Positions 36,926-50,787 of a stretch of DNA of 64,000 nt are shown here, in pieces (the stretch's first letter is position 1; every line of letters starts with the position of its first letter). The stretch covers positions 18,662,001-18,726,000 of the forward strand of contig NC_043022.1 of assembly GCF_006345805.1 (NCBI RefSeq), given 5' to 3'. Below the pieces are notes generated by a model. That model did no database searches. It was given only the letters and a program-made list of their open reading frames with translations, and was not told the DNA's origin. The stretch comes from Octopus sinensis (lineage: Eukaryota). A program made the position numbers and the translations under genes.

Positions 36926-38299
36926 CTAGAGACGGCAGAAGAGAGAGGGGAAAATATTACAAAAAGAAACCAAAAAACATTGTATAAGTCATAAGTCACA
37001 AGAGAAAATACTAACACGGAGTCATCCTCATTACTTTTTTATTTTAGTCATTGGACTGCGGCCATGCTGGGGCACCACTTTGAGGAGTTTAAGTGAACAA
37101 ACTAGCCCCAGTACTTAAGTGTTTTTAAAGTCTGGTATTTATTCTATTAGTTTAGTTTGCTAAACCACTAAGTTACAGAGAATATAAACAAACCAACACA
37201 CATTTAGCTTTCATCTTGTGTTTCAGTCATTAAACTGCAGCCATGCTGGAGCATCACCTTGAAGAATTTTTAGTCAAAAGAATCAACTGCAGTACATTTT
37301 CGTTTTTTTTAAAGCTTGGTACTTACCGTTACTTAGCAGTTCGGCAAAAGAGACTGATAGAATAAGTACTGGGCTTACAAAAGAATAAGTCCGGGGTCGA
37401 GTTGCTCGATTAAAGGTGGTGCTCCAGCATGGCCGCAGTCAATGACTGAAACAAGTAAAAGAGTAAAAGAATATATACACACACACACACACACACATGA
37501 TTTTGCTGAGGCTGTGATTAGAACTCAATCCACATATGCTTTAGAATATTATTATTATTTTATTGAGGCGGCAAGCTGGCAGAAACGTTCACATGCCGGG
37601 CTAAACGAAAAGCCACAAGGCATTTCACCTGGTGTGCTGACGATTCTGCCAGTTCAGTGCCTTTATAATGAACCTTTCTACTAAAGGTACAAGGCCCGAA
37701 ATTTGGTGGGGAGGGGACTAGTCAATTACATTGACCCCAGTGCGTAACTGGTACTTAATTTATTGACGCCGAAGGGATGAAAGGCAAAGTTGAGCTCAGT
37801 GGAATTTGAATTAAGAACGTGAAAACAGACGAAATACCTATTTCTTTATTACCCACAAGGGGCTAAACACAGAGGGGACAAACAAGGACAGACATAGTAT
37901 TAAGTCGATTACATCGACCCCAGTGTGTAAATGGTACTTATTTAATCAACCCCGAAAGGATGAAAGGCAAAGTTGACCTCAGCGGAATTTGAACTCAGAA
38001 CCTAACGGCAGATGAAATACTTTTTTCTTTATTACCCACAAGGGGCTAAACACAGAGGGGACAAACAAGGAGAGACATAGGTATTAAGTTGATTACATCG
38101 ACCCCAGTGCGTAACTGGTACTTAATTTATCGACCCTGAAAGGATGAAAGGCTAAGTCGACTTCGGCGGAATTCGAACTCACAACGTAACGCAGACGAAA
38201 TACTGCTAAGCATTTCGCCCGGCGTGCTAACGTTTCTGCCAGCTTGCATACCACTAAGCACTTTGCCCAGTGTGCTAACAATTCTGTAAGCTTACCACC

Positions 38300-38346
<47 letters not shown>

Positions 38347-38360
38347 GATAAAAGATTTAC

Positions 38361-38464
38361 CTGATGTAATGGTGATGGTGTTGGGTGACTCCAGCCTCCA
38401 AATAATACCAGGCTATCTTTATAAACCACGATAGTAGCACAGGCTTTCGGTGAGGGGTAAGTAC
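38361..38464 (-). CDS. FBXO42: FBXO42 coding exon 3 (copy A)
   Basis: ctctag|GTACT...CATCAG|gtaaat, 104 nt, phase 1-0. Encodes (G)[34 protein letters not shown]. Confidence 0.9.
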
Positions 38465-41400
38465 CTAGAGACGGCAGAAGAGAGAGGGGAAAATATTACA
38501 AAAAGAAACCAAAAAACATTGTATAAGTCATAAGTCACAAGAGAAAATACTAACACGGAGTCATCCTCATTACTTTTTTATTTTAGTCATTGGACTGCGG
38601 CCATGCTGGGGCACCACTTTGAGGAGTTTAAGTGAACAAACTAGCCCCAGTACTTAAGTGTTTTTAAAGTCTGGTATTTATTCTATTAGTTTAGTTTGCT
38701 AAACCACTAAGTTACAGAGAATATAAACAAACCAACACACATTTAGCTTTCATCTTGTGTTTCAGTCATTAAACTGCAGCCATGCTGGAGCATCACCTTG
38801 AAGAATTTTTAGTCAAAAGAATCAACTGCAGTACATTTTCGTTTTTTTTAAAGCTTGGTACTTACCGTTACTTAGCAGTTCGGCAAAAGAGACTGATAGA
38901 ATAAGTACTGGGCTTACAAAAGAATAAGTCCCGGGGTCGAGTTGCTCGATTAAAGGTGGTGCTCCAGCATGGCCGCAGTCAAATGACTGAAACAAGTAAA
39001 GAGAGTACTTATTCCATCCAAATCTTTTGCCATACCGCTAAGTTACAAGGATGTAAATACCAACATCGGTTGTCAAGCAATGGTAGAGGACAAACACACA
39101 CACATAAACAACAGGCTTCTTTCAGTTTCTGTCTACCAAATCCACTTACAAGGCCTTGGTTGGCCCAAGGCTATAGGAGAAGACACTTGCCGAAGGTGCC
39201 ACACAGTGGGACTGAACCTGGATCCATGATGTTGGGAAGGAAATTTCCCACCTCACAGCCATGCATGCACCTATATATAATTTAATATATGCAAGATTTA
39301 AAACCTCACTGGATGGACTCCTTTTTTTTTATTGACCCCTACCAATAAGAGAAAAATACACTATACACACACACACATAAATGTATGTATGTATGTATGT
39401 ATCATCATCGTTTAATGTCCACTTTCCATGTTAGTATGGGTTGGACGATTTGACTGGGGACTGGCGAACCAGATGGCTGCACCAGGCTCCAATCTTGATC
39501 TGGCAGAGTTTCTACAGCTGGATGCTCTTCCTAACGCCAAACACTCCAAGAGTGTAGTGGGTGCTTTTATGTGCTACTGGCAACGGCCATGCTCAAATGG
39601 TGTTTTTTACGTGCCACCTGCACAGGAGCCAGTCCAGCGGCACTGGCAATGACCTCGCTTGAATGATTTTTTACCTGCTACGTGCATAAGTGCCAGTAAG
39701 GCAACGCTGGTAATGATCACGCTCGAATGGTGCTTTTTTACATACCACCAGCACGGAAGCCTGTTAGCTGCTCTGGCAATGATCATGCTCAGATGGTGCT
39801 CTTAGCGCTCCACTAGCACGGATGCCAGTCATTGGATCTGATTTCGATTTCGATTATGTATGTATGTATGTATTGGGTTAGTGCATAATTATTGCGGATT
39901 TTTTTCAACAAATTTTATTCAACAACGTAAAAAGCACCCACTACACTCACGGAGTGGTTGGCGTTAGGAAGGGCATCCAGCTGTAGAAACATTACCAGAT
40001 AAGACTGGAGCCTGGTGCAGCCTTCTGGCTTCCCAGATCCCCGGTCGAACCATCCAACCCATGCTAGCATTGAGAACGGACGTTAAACGATGATGATGAT
40101 GATGAAAAACAATAACAACATGTAACAAAAACATCTCTAAATGATTATTCCGGAGCATATTCACCATCTACTTCAATTACTGCTTCCCATTTGATTGGCA
40201 GACAGCCAGACCATCATTTAAAAATGTTTTTGTTGAATAAAATTTGTTGAAAAATAAAATCCACAATAATTATGCACCAACCCAATATATCATTCTCATT
40301 GTGATTTCACATTCAGTGTCCATGCTGGCATGGGTTGGACGGTGTGACCAGAGCTGACAAGCCGGGGGGATCTGCACCAGACTCCAGTTTGCCCTTCCTA
40401 ATGCCAACCACTTTACAGAGTGTACTGGGTGCTATTTACATGGCACGATATGTGCGCCTTCATGTGGCACTGCTCAGATGCTTTTAAGTGGTGCTGCTAA
40501 CGTTTGTGCAGTGCCACACATGCAATGGGCTTCCACACAGTCTCCACCTACCAAATTCACTCGCATATATAATAGAAGACACATATATAATAGAAGTCCA
40601 AGGTGCCACACAGTGGAAATGAACCCAGAACCATATAGTTGCAAAATGAGCTTCTTAACCACACAACCAAGCCTGCACCATCATCAATATAAGCGATAAT
40701 CATAATTAATAATATTGACATATAATTAAGGTAACGAGCTGGCAGAATCATTAGCATGCTACACAAAATGTTTAATGGCATTTTGTCTTTCTTTACATTT
40801 GGAGTGTAAACTCCGCCGAGGATGATTTTGCTTTCATCCTCTCGGGGGTCAACAAAATAAGTACCAGTTGAGCACTGGGGGGGTTGATGTAATCAACTTG
40901 TATTCTCTCACACAATTGCTGGCCTTGTGCTACAATTTGAAACCAATACTGATTTCAAAAATTTCAGTCAAGTAGAATGAAGGAGAAATGGATACTTATC
41001 AATTAAATCCACCCCAGTACTTCACTGACTTATACTAGCACTTTAGGTTAATGAACTGCTGTGGCATAACAAGAATGTGTCACCCGGGGTAGCCCTTAAT
41101 CTTTAAGCATTTGTACAAGCCACACTCAGCAAAAATATTCAATCTCTTTTAGGTTCAGACTGGCCAGGTCCTGCCCCTTACACTCGCCTACAATGCCATT
41201 CTTTTCTACTCTAGGCACAAGGTCCGAAATTTTGGGGGCCAGTTGATTACATCGAACCTAATATGCAACTGGTACTCAATTTATCAACTCCAAAAGGATG
41301 AAAGGCAAATTTGACCTCAGTGGAATTTGAATGCAGAATATAAAGATAGATGAAATACCTCTAAGCATTTTGCCCTGCATGCTAACATTTCTGCCAGCTC

Positions 41401-42461
41401 ACTGCCTTCACTACGATGTCATTCTAAAAATAAATGGTCATAGGCGTGGCTGTATGGTAAAAAGCCTACTTCCCAACCACATGGTTCTGAGTTCAGTCCT
41501 GCTCATGGCTTCTACTATAGTCTCAGGCCAACCAAAGCCTTGTCAGTGGTAGTGGTAGACAGAAACTGAAAGAATCCCATTGTATATCATCATCATTTGA
41601 CATCCGTGTTCCATGCTAGCATGGGTGGGACAGTACCACAGTACCACAAGAGCTGGCCAGCACTGGACTTCTGTCACTTTCGACAGGATTTTTCAGCTGT
41701 TTGTCCCCGCCGACATCGCTTCACAACCGGAGCTGGTGTGTTCACATCCCCCGTAACTTAGCAGTTCGGCAAAAGAGACCTATAGAATAAGTACTAGGCT
41801 TACAAAGAATAAGTCTTGGGGTCGATTTGCTCGACTAAAGGCAGTGCTCCAGCATGGCCACAAATGACTGAATCAAGTAAAAGAGTATATATATATATAT
41901 CCACTACACTCACGGAGTGGTTGGCGTTAGGAAGGGCATCCAGCTGTAGAAACATTGCCAGATAAGACTGGAGCCTGGTGCAGCCTTCTGGCTTCCCAGA
42001 TCCCCGGTCGAACTGTCCAACCCATGCTAGCATGGAGAACGGATGTTAAACGATGATGATGATGATATACGACAGACTTCTCTCGATTTCCATCTACCAA
42101 ATCCACTCACAAATCTTTAGTCAGCCTGAGGCGATAGTAGAAGACACTTGCCCAAGGTGCCATGTAGTGGGACTGAACCTAGAACCATGTGGTTGGTAAG
42201 CAGGCTGCTTATTTATTCACATTGTTTTGAAATTAATCATGCATTATTTTATAACTTCATGATTTCAATGATGTGATTGTGAGAGGTCAGAGCTGGCTGG
42301 TCTGACCATAAGATACGTTGAAGATTTGGGCTGGATATAGCTAAGTTAACCCTTTAGCATACAGATTACTTTGTCAAATGTAATGCTTATTATTTATTCA
42401 CATTGCTTCGAATTAATCATGCATTACCTTATAGCCCCCAACTTTCAATGGTGGGTTTCTA

Positions 42462-43028
42462 TTGGGTTGTCTGGAAAGTTCGTGCCGATTTACAGTAGCT
42501 TACCTTTCGACTTATTTGAGAACATGGTTGAGTCCATAAAATAGGATTTGACTACACCTTCATTTAGAGCACAGTTTAAGCTGTCTTTTCGTGGATGAAG
42601 ATTTATGTTCCTATAACCTGTGTTAATTCTGTAACCCTTTAAAATGGGAGATAAGAAAGTTCATTTTCAACACTTGATGCTTTGGGAACCAGACAAAAAT
42701 TGCTGCAGCTCGGCTGGGATGTGTTGCCTCACCCACCATATTCACCAGATATTGCTCCTTCGGATTTCCACTTATTCAGGTCTCTGCAGAATAGCCTTAA
42801 TGGTAAAAATTTCAATTCCTTGGATGATGTAAAAAGATACCTTGATGAATTCTTTGCCATGAAACCACCTCAATTCTGGGAAGAGGGTATTTTCAAGTTA
42901 AAGGAAAGATGGAGATGCATTGTGCAACAAAATGGTTCATATTTGGTTGATTAAAAATGTAATGTCATGTATTTACTGACCTTTTTCTTTCCTTTAAAAA
43001 ATCGGCACGCACTTTCTGGACAACCCAA
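42462..43028 (+). mobile_element. Internally deleted mariner element (same family and same deletion as 1485-2047)
   Basis: TIRs ttgggttgtctggaaag / ctttctggacaacccaa, TA flanks, HPPYSPDIAPSDFHLF motif. Confidence 0.92.
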
Positions 43029-43259
43029 TATATTTTTAGAATGACATTGTAGGGTAGGTGTGAGAGGTTGGATCTGATCAGTTTTAACATAAAACAGGTA
43101 GAATATTTGGGCTGGATATGTCCGAATTAAAGTGATGATGAAGAACAAACACAGAGGCAATATATTTCATAAGAATTATGGTAAGGAAAGGTTTGATAAA
43201 GAACCGAAGAAACCACAAAAAGAAAATATAGAAACAGGAGAAGAGAAAGCAATTCTTAC

Positions 43260-43496
43260 CCATGGCCAGGGGTCGCACCCACTGTCGGCTAGCTAAATCA
43301 AAACCCCACAGATCATTAAAGGTGGTGTTGGTCGAAGTGCAACCCCCAAAAACGTACAATGACTTGTCATAGTAGCAGGCACAATGAGAATAGCGGTCTG
43401 TGATTGTGGGGCCATCCCCTGGTAACAATTTCGTCCACAACACTTCAGTACTTGCTATAGCATCGTGGAAGTTCTGTTCACGCTGATAGATGACAC
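43260..43496 (-). CDS. FBXO42: FBXO42 coding exon 2 (first kelch repeat)
   Basis: ttttag|GTGTC...ATGG|gtaaga, 237 nt, phase 1-1. Encodes ...ITDRYSHCACYYDKSLYVFGGCTSTNTTFNDLWGFDLASRQWVRPLAM. Confidence 0.95.
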
Positions 43497-43639
43497 CTAA
43501 AAGGAAAGACAAAAATCAGTGATTCAGACAAAAATAAAATGATTCAATAAATACATTAATAGGCACGTAGTTCCCCGAGAACCACGTAGTTCTCAGGGAG
43601 ATTTAGCATGACACAAAATGTGACAAGGCAAAAATGTGA

Positions 43640-43875
43640 AGGCGGCAAGCTGTCAGAAATGTTAGCACGCCGGGCGAAATGCTTAGCAGTATTTCATCTG
43701 TCGTTATGTTCTGAGTTCAAATTCCGCTGATGTCAACTTTGCCTTTCGTCCGTTCGGGGTCGATAAATTAAGTAGCAGTCATGCACTGGGATCAATGTAA
43801 TCGACTTAATCCCTTTCTCTGTCCTTGTTTTCCCCCTCTATGTTTAGTCCCTTGTGGGCAATAAAGAAATAAGAA
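43640..43875 (+). mobile_element. SINE family B (representative copy; dozens in the window)
   Basis: aaggcggcaagctg...gagttcaaattcc...ctttgcctttcatcctttcggggtcgataaattaagtaccag, usually next to (AAT)n. Confidence 0.8.
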
Positions 43876-43895
43876 ACTGAAAGAAGCCTGTCGAA

Positions 43896-44403
43896 CGAGG
43901 GTGAGTCAAAAAGTAATGCCATTTTGTTTAGGGCAGGTATAATTACCAACACAGGAACATGTATCATACATCAAAATGAAGCTGGTCCTCTGTGGATCAC
44001 ATCCTTACTTCTCAACATAGTCACCGTTTCTCTCAATAGCAATGTTTCACCTTGGAAAGAGAGTATGTGACCTTGCCCCGTAAAATTTCTTCATAGTTTT
44101 CACTTCCTCGTCACTGGAATAATGCTTGCCTCTCAAACCCTCTTTTGTGGCGCTGAAGAGATGATAGCTTGAAGGCGCTAAATCTGGTGAGTGTGGAGGT
44201 AGTGAAGAAGTGGCTCGAAGAACAGTCAACAGAATTTTATGGGGCAGGGATTTTATGGGGCTATTGAGAGAAACGGTGACTATGTTTAGAAGTAGGGATG
44301 TGATCCATAGAGGACCAGCTTCATTTTGATGTATGATACATGTTCCCGTGTTGGTATTGTACCTGTCCTAAACAAAATGGCATTACTTTTTGACTCACCT
44401 TGG
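43896..44403. mobile_element. Mariner-derived MITE made of two inverted 3' ends
   Basis: ~145-bp inverted arms. The minus strand encodes PPHSPDLAPSSYHLF...SDEEVKT; the plus strand encodes VKKWLEEQSTEF...AIERNGDYV. Confidence 0.8.
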
Positions 44404-45808
44404 TGTGTGTGTGTTTGTCCCACAACCATCGCTTGACAACCGATGTTGGTGTGTTTACATCCTCATAACTTAGCAGTTCAGTGAAAGATACAGAAGTCGA
44501 TTTCTTTGACTAAAAGGCAGTGCTCCTACATGGCCACAGTCAAAATAACTAAAACAAGTAAAAGAATATATGTGCGTGCGTGAAGGCGCATGGCTCGGTG
44601 GTTAGAGCGTCAAGCTTATGAATGTGAGATTGTGCGTTCGATTCCCGGACCGAGCTGCATGTTGTGTTCTTGAGCAAGACTCTTTATTTCACATTGCTCC
44701 AGTTCACTCAGCTGTAGAAATGAGTTGTGACGTCACTGGTTCCAAGCTGTATCGGCCCCTTTGCCTTTCCCTTGGATAATATCAGTGGCATGAAGAGGGG
44801 AGGCTGGTAAGCATGGGCGACTGATAGTCATTTATAAACAAACTTGCCTGGACTTGTGCCTCGAAGGGTAACTTTCTAGGGGCAATTCCATGGTCATTCA
44901 AGACCGAAGAGGTCTTTTATGGGGTTATGTTAGGTTCCCTGCCCATAAAGGGTTTGGCTTTATGGCGTATCGTCACACACACACACGCATGGCTGAGCAC
45001 TCCACAGACACACGTACCCATAACGATATTCACAAGGCGGTTTGTCATGACAGTGTGAAAAGGCTGGACCATTGAACTACAGATTACAACTCATTTTTGC
45101 AAGCCGAGTGGACAGGAGCAACGACAAATAAAGTGTCTTGCTCAGGGATACAACTCGCCGCCGGCAATCGAACTCACGACACTACGAACATGAGCCGAAT
45201 ACACTAACCACTAGACCACGCGCCTCCTCTCTCACACACACATACACACCACGTGCACACACATACACTATGTGAAACAAGGAAGGTTTATACATTAGCA
45301 AAAGCAGTCCTACATATTCTCTGGAAGTCGGTTTAGTCATAGAGGAGCTACGTCAGGTTTGACCAGTAGCGTGAGTAGAGGCGAAGCGAGGAAAGGGGCT
45401 AGGACCAGTCCTGGTCGTCTCCTTCTGGGTCTGCCGAGTGGTGGTAGGGAACGGAAACCCAAGGACAGTCCTCGACCCCACACCTTCTATATCCGCCACT
45501 GGGGACGAGCAGGGATATTACACAGTACTATCAACACCATAACACACACACAATGTAGATATAAAATACGAAAATGAAACTAAATGTAGTGATTTTAATG
45601 CCTCTACATTTACGAAGGAGGACACGAACCACCCTAACGAGGGGGGTACAATGAAAATAGATTCGACTTCAGTTTCGAAACCGTACAAAGGTTATTGCTC
45701 GATATATGTAACTATATATATATATATCTATTTATTAAAATTTTATGTATTGATTAAGTCTTTCCTTGTTTGTTTTGCAAAATAGTGGTTTTGTCTCTAA
45801 TAATAATT

Positions 45809-45889
<81 letters not shown>

Positions 45890-46340
45890 CATATATGCAT
45901 AATGTAGAATCATACACACATACATATAGAGAGAGATTTGGGGTTTTTTTTTCATTTGCAAAATATGCACCTTTTAAAAGACAGTAAAAAATCTGAAAAT
46001 CGGCTATAATAATAAAACATGTGACTGTGTGTGTATTTATATGTATATATACACACACATATATATATAAAAAACAATGTACACATATATTGTGTATGTA
46101 TATAGACACAGGCATATATACGTTTGTGTATGCATATGTGTGTGTGTATATATGCACACACGTACGTAAAAAGAAACGGTAGTATAAATATATATATATA
46201 CACACACACATTTCGGATAATATACCCACTCTGACATATACGAGTGCATCTTTTCCCTGGATTACAGATGTACATATACGTTTGTATAAGCATATATCTA
46301 TACAAGTTTTCACATATATGTGTGTATATACATATACACA

Positions 46341-46585
46341 CACGTGTATATATGCACAAGTGTATAATATATGAATATACAGGTATACGTACACACACGT
46401 GTATATATGCACAAGTGTATAATATATGCATATACAGGAATACGTACACATGCATGTGTATATATGCACAAGTGTATAATATATGCATATACAGGTATAC
46501 GTACACACACACGTGTATATATGCACAAGTGTATAATATATGCATATACAGGTATATGCACACACACACACAGACGTGCATATAT
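46341..46585. repeat. 55-57 bp tandem repeat, about 4 copies
   Basis: Unit cacgtgtatatatgcacaagtgtataatatatgcatatacaggtatacgtaca starts at 46341, 46396, 46453 and 46510. Confidence 0.9.
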
Positions 46586-46986
46586 GTATTTATATAATGT
46601 ATGTATAAACAGATATATAAATACCCACACATATATATATATAAATACACACACACATATATATATATATAAATACACACACACACATATATATATATAA
46701 ATACACACGCACACATATATATAAATACACACACACACACATATATATATATAAATACACACACACACATATATATATATATATTTCTTTACTACCCACA
46801 AGGGGCTAAACACAGGGGACAAACAAGGACAGACATAGGTATTAAGCCGATTACATCGACCCTAGTGCATAACTGGTACTTAATTTATCGACCCCGAAAG
46901 GATGAAAGGCAATACATATATATATATATATATATAGACACACAGGCACATAAACATGTATATATATGTTCAGCAAAGAGCCTTAC

Positions 46987-47263
46987 CTAAGGCAAGACGG
47001 TACCATTGTCTGCAGACCAACTTGGCAGATTGTAGATCGCGGTAGGGAGACAGAAAGAAGAAAATATACTCTATGAGTTCTTCTGGGAGGTGGGTGAGAG
47101 AAACTGGTTCCTTTTGACCATCACAGTAATCCTCATCCTTGCCGCTTTCGCCATTTGTTGTCTCTGCTCTTCCTCCTTCCTCTCCGTCGTCCGGTTTCTT
47201 GCAACAATTCTCGATGTGGTGGCCATCATCTTCGTCTTCCATCACAGCGGCTGGTGCCGACAT
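46987..47263 (-). CDS. FBXO42: FBXO42 first coding exon (acidic N-terminus plus F-box)
   Basis: ATG at 47263, [14 protein letters not shown]...[38 protein letters not shown], donor G|gtaagg. The F-box resembles vertebrate FBXO42 as I recall it (LPEEVLEYILSFLSPY...LVCKQWYRL). The start codon is inferred. Confidence 0.9.
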
Positions 47264-47316
47264 CAGGACGGGTGTTAAGCTTTTCGTTTTTTCAAAGCAG
47301 GTCTTATATATATATA

Positions 47317-47365
<49 letters not shown>

Positions 47366-47429
47366 ATATATATATATATGGGTGTATATATATATATATA
47401 TGTGTGTGTATATATATATATATATATAG

Positions 47430-47465
<36 letters not shown>

Positions 47466-48067
47466 GATATTATACACAATACAATCCACACCAATATGTA
47501 TTGTCTGGTGTTGTTGTTTTTTTTTGTTTTTAACTCTTCATGATTAGGTATTAAGTCCTCCCTCTATCAGCTTTCTGCTCTCACATGCAACACAAACACA
47601 CGGCCATCCCACTGCTGCTGCTGCTACTACTACTACCACCACTACAACTATGTTAGTATTACGTTACTACCACTACTACTACCTTACTATTATGTCACTA
47701 CTATTCGCTGATAGAACATACTTCCTCGTTAGTTCCACTCTCACTACTACCACTACCACGCTGTTGTTTCTACTCTTACCGCTACTACGCTGTTGCTTCT
47801 TACTCTTTCTCTAATATCGACAGCATACAAGCTGGCTGCTGCTGCTGTTTCTGCTACTTCCTTATTCTTACTACTGTTACTGTCACTGCTACTTCGTTAT
47901 TGCTTCTACTCTGACTAATACTCCATTGACATTACAGCTGTTCCTGCTATATCGTTATTGTTTGTCAACGAAAGGAGGAAAGTATCAAGTGGTCATGACT
48001 TGTGCTAAAAATAACTGCTAGATCACCCTTAAATCACACAGAAATCTTTCATTTTTCAAAAATTTTC

Positions 48068-48456
48068 AGTTTGAACGGCAGTTTTTTCTAGCGGTGTCAT
48101 ATGAAATTGTCACCCATAATTATGACCCTAGTATCGATCTATTGCATTTCAATCTGCTTTAGGGTTAGGGGAAGGGTATCTTTTTTTCTTCAGAAATGTA
48201 AATAAACCCAATCAGTTTCTTAAACGAGGGACATATTCATACGGCACAGAATGTTGTTTACCTCAATGGACGTCATTGATTGGTTGAAATTGAAGGAAAA
48301 AAAAAACAACAAATATCTTACAAACCATAGAATTTTCTCAATAAAGCCAAGAGAAAAAGATGTTTTATAAACACATTCTACCGGTATACGAAGTTTAAAA
48401 GTATTTAGTTACGCGGAAATTATTTTAAAAAACTGCCGGTCAAACCGAAAAGATCC
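48068..48456. mobile_element. TIR repeat family with an internal TTAGGG-like patch
   Basis: Ends gtttgaacggcagtttttt / aaaaactgccggtcaaac. Related ends occur at 49390, 49480, 50431 and 54030. Confidence 0.55.
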
Positions 48457-48673
48457 GAATTTTCTGAAAATTCCAAAACACAAAAAAAAAAAATTACGTG
48501 GGGTTATATGGGGTGTTTTATACCGGAATTCCACATTGCTTATACTCTACGGCTTCCCTTCTAGAGAGATATGCAAGTCAAATATTCTAATGGTAATAAT
48601 GGTATAGACACCGGACAGTAAGCTCTCCTCATCACGAGACTTCCATTCAAATTATACTATCCTATTAAAAGTG

Positions 48674-49040
48674 GAGGCGCAATGGCCCAGTGGTTAGGGC
48701 GGCGGACTCGCGGTTTCGATTCCCAGACCGGGCGTTGTGAGTGTTTATTGAGCGAAAACACCTAAAAGCTCCACGAGGCTCCGGCAGGGGATGGTGGTGA
48801 TCCCTGCTGTACTCTTTCACCACAACTTTCTCTCACTCTTACTTCCTGTTTCTGTTGTACCTGTATTTCAAAGGGCCGGCCTTGTCACTCTCTGTGTCAC
48901 GCTGAATATCCCCGAGAACTACGTTAAGGGTACACGTGTCTGTGGAGTGCTCAGCCACTTACACGTTAATTTCACGAGCAGGCTGTTCCGTTGATTCGGA
49001 TCAACCGGAACCCTCGTCGTCGTAACCGATGTAGTGCTTC
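48674..49040 (+). mobile_element. tRNA-derived SINE family C
   Basis: Head gtggaggcgcaatggcccagtggttaggg...gtttcgattccc. Near-identical copies at 18621-18945(-) and 32418-32801(-). Confidence 0.8.
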
Positions 49041-50487
49041 CATCCTATTAAAAAATCACACACAAAAGCAAAAACCTACGTAACTTGTTGCTTTATGTCT
49101 AACTTCTTGAAGAATTCTGTTTCTTATTGTTCCATATTGCTTCAAATTTACTAATAAAAGTGTATTCCCCACAGTCGAGATAACAAATGTGTATTGAATT
49201 GAATTGAATGTGGCGTTATGTCGAAGGGAAATAATTCTGTTTGATTATTAAATTGACGAATAAGAGATGGGGTGCCATCGGCATATCTACTAAAATTTGC
49301 GGCGATCCTTCGGTATAGGTACACACGTGCCTTTGTTTACATTTCTGAAGATAACAGAAACCCTTTTCTTCCACCCCTAACACAAACCCAGGATCTTTTC
49401 CTTTTGAACGGCAGACAATTTCTAGTTAACTAAACACTTTAAAAACTTCGTATACCGGTAGAATGTGTCAAAATAAAACGATCCTTTCTTTTTGAAGGCC
49501 AGATTTTCCTAGTAAACTAAAAAATTTGAAACTTCGTTTACTGGTAGAATGTGTCAAAAGAAAACATTATTGTAAACAAAATTGAAAACAAAATTGTAAT
49601 TTGTAACTTAAACGTAGTTTAATTTTACGAATATTAACCAATGAAATCCCAACATCTTCGAATATTAACCAATGAAATCCCAACATTGCTGCGTTATCGA
49701 TATTGATAAAGAAATATAGCAGACGCACGACACACACACACATTTGCACAAGCACATAGTAATTAATATATAAGCGTACACACACATACATACACACGCA
49801 TACGCACACAAGCAAAAATACACGTTGTGTTTTGCCACTTGCCGCAACAAATTTGCACAGAAGGTGGGGGGTCAATGTTTCATCGTTTCGGGGTCGATAA
49901 ATTAAGTACCAATTATGCACTGGTGTCGAGGATTTTTTTCCCAATTTATATCACAGCTTCCGACAAGCTGGGGGCATCCTTTTATGAAAAAATATTTCGC
50001 AAATTTTTACAATACTACTCACACTCCACGCGCAAACTCGAGACCGATTTAGGCATATTATTGTTTTGTTTTTGTTGTTTCTGGCCCTTCAAAACCATGG
50101 GAGAAGCCTTTTCGGTAAAAAGAAAATTAAGAAAATATTCAAAAAATATCGTTAATATTTTTATTGGGCGACGAAATTAATCGATTTAAGAGATATAGCT
50201 GTTATTTCTAGCACATGTAGAAGACAGAAGAAAAGGTAAATAATTTGAGCTCGAATGCTGCGATTTCATTGGTTAAAATTCTTAAAATTAAACTACGTTT
50301 AAGTTACGAATTACAATTTTGTTTTCAATTTTGCTTACAATAATGTTTTCTTTCGACACATTCTACCAGTATACGAAGTTTCAAATTGTTTAGTTAACTA
50401 GGAAAATCTGGCCTTCAAAAAGAAAAGATCCCATATGGATATATATATATATTATATATATATTATATATATATAATATATATATAC

Positions 50488-50557
<70 letters not shown>

Positions 50558-50612
50558 TATATATGTATATATATATATATGTATAATATATAATTATATA
50601 TATATGTATATA

Positions 50613-50675
<63 letters not shown>

Positions 50676-50676
50676 G

Positions 50677-50722
<46 letters not shown>

Positions 50723-50755
50723 CTGTATATATATATATGTATATATATATATATG

Positions 50756-50787
<32 letters not shown>

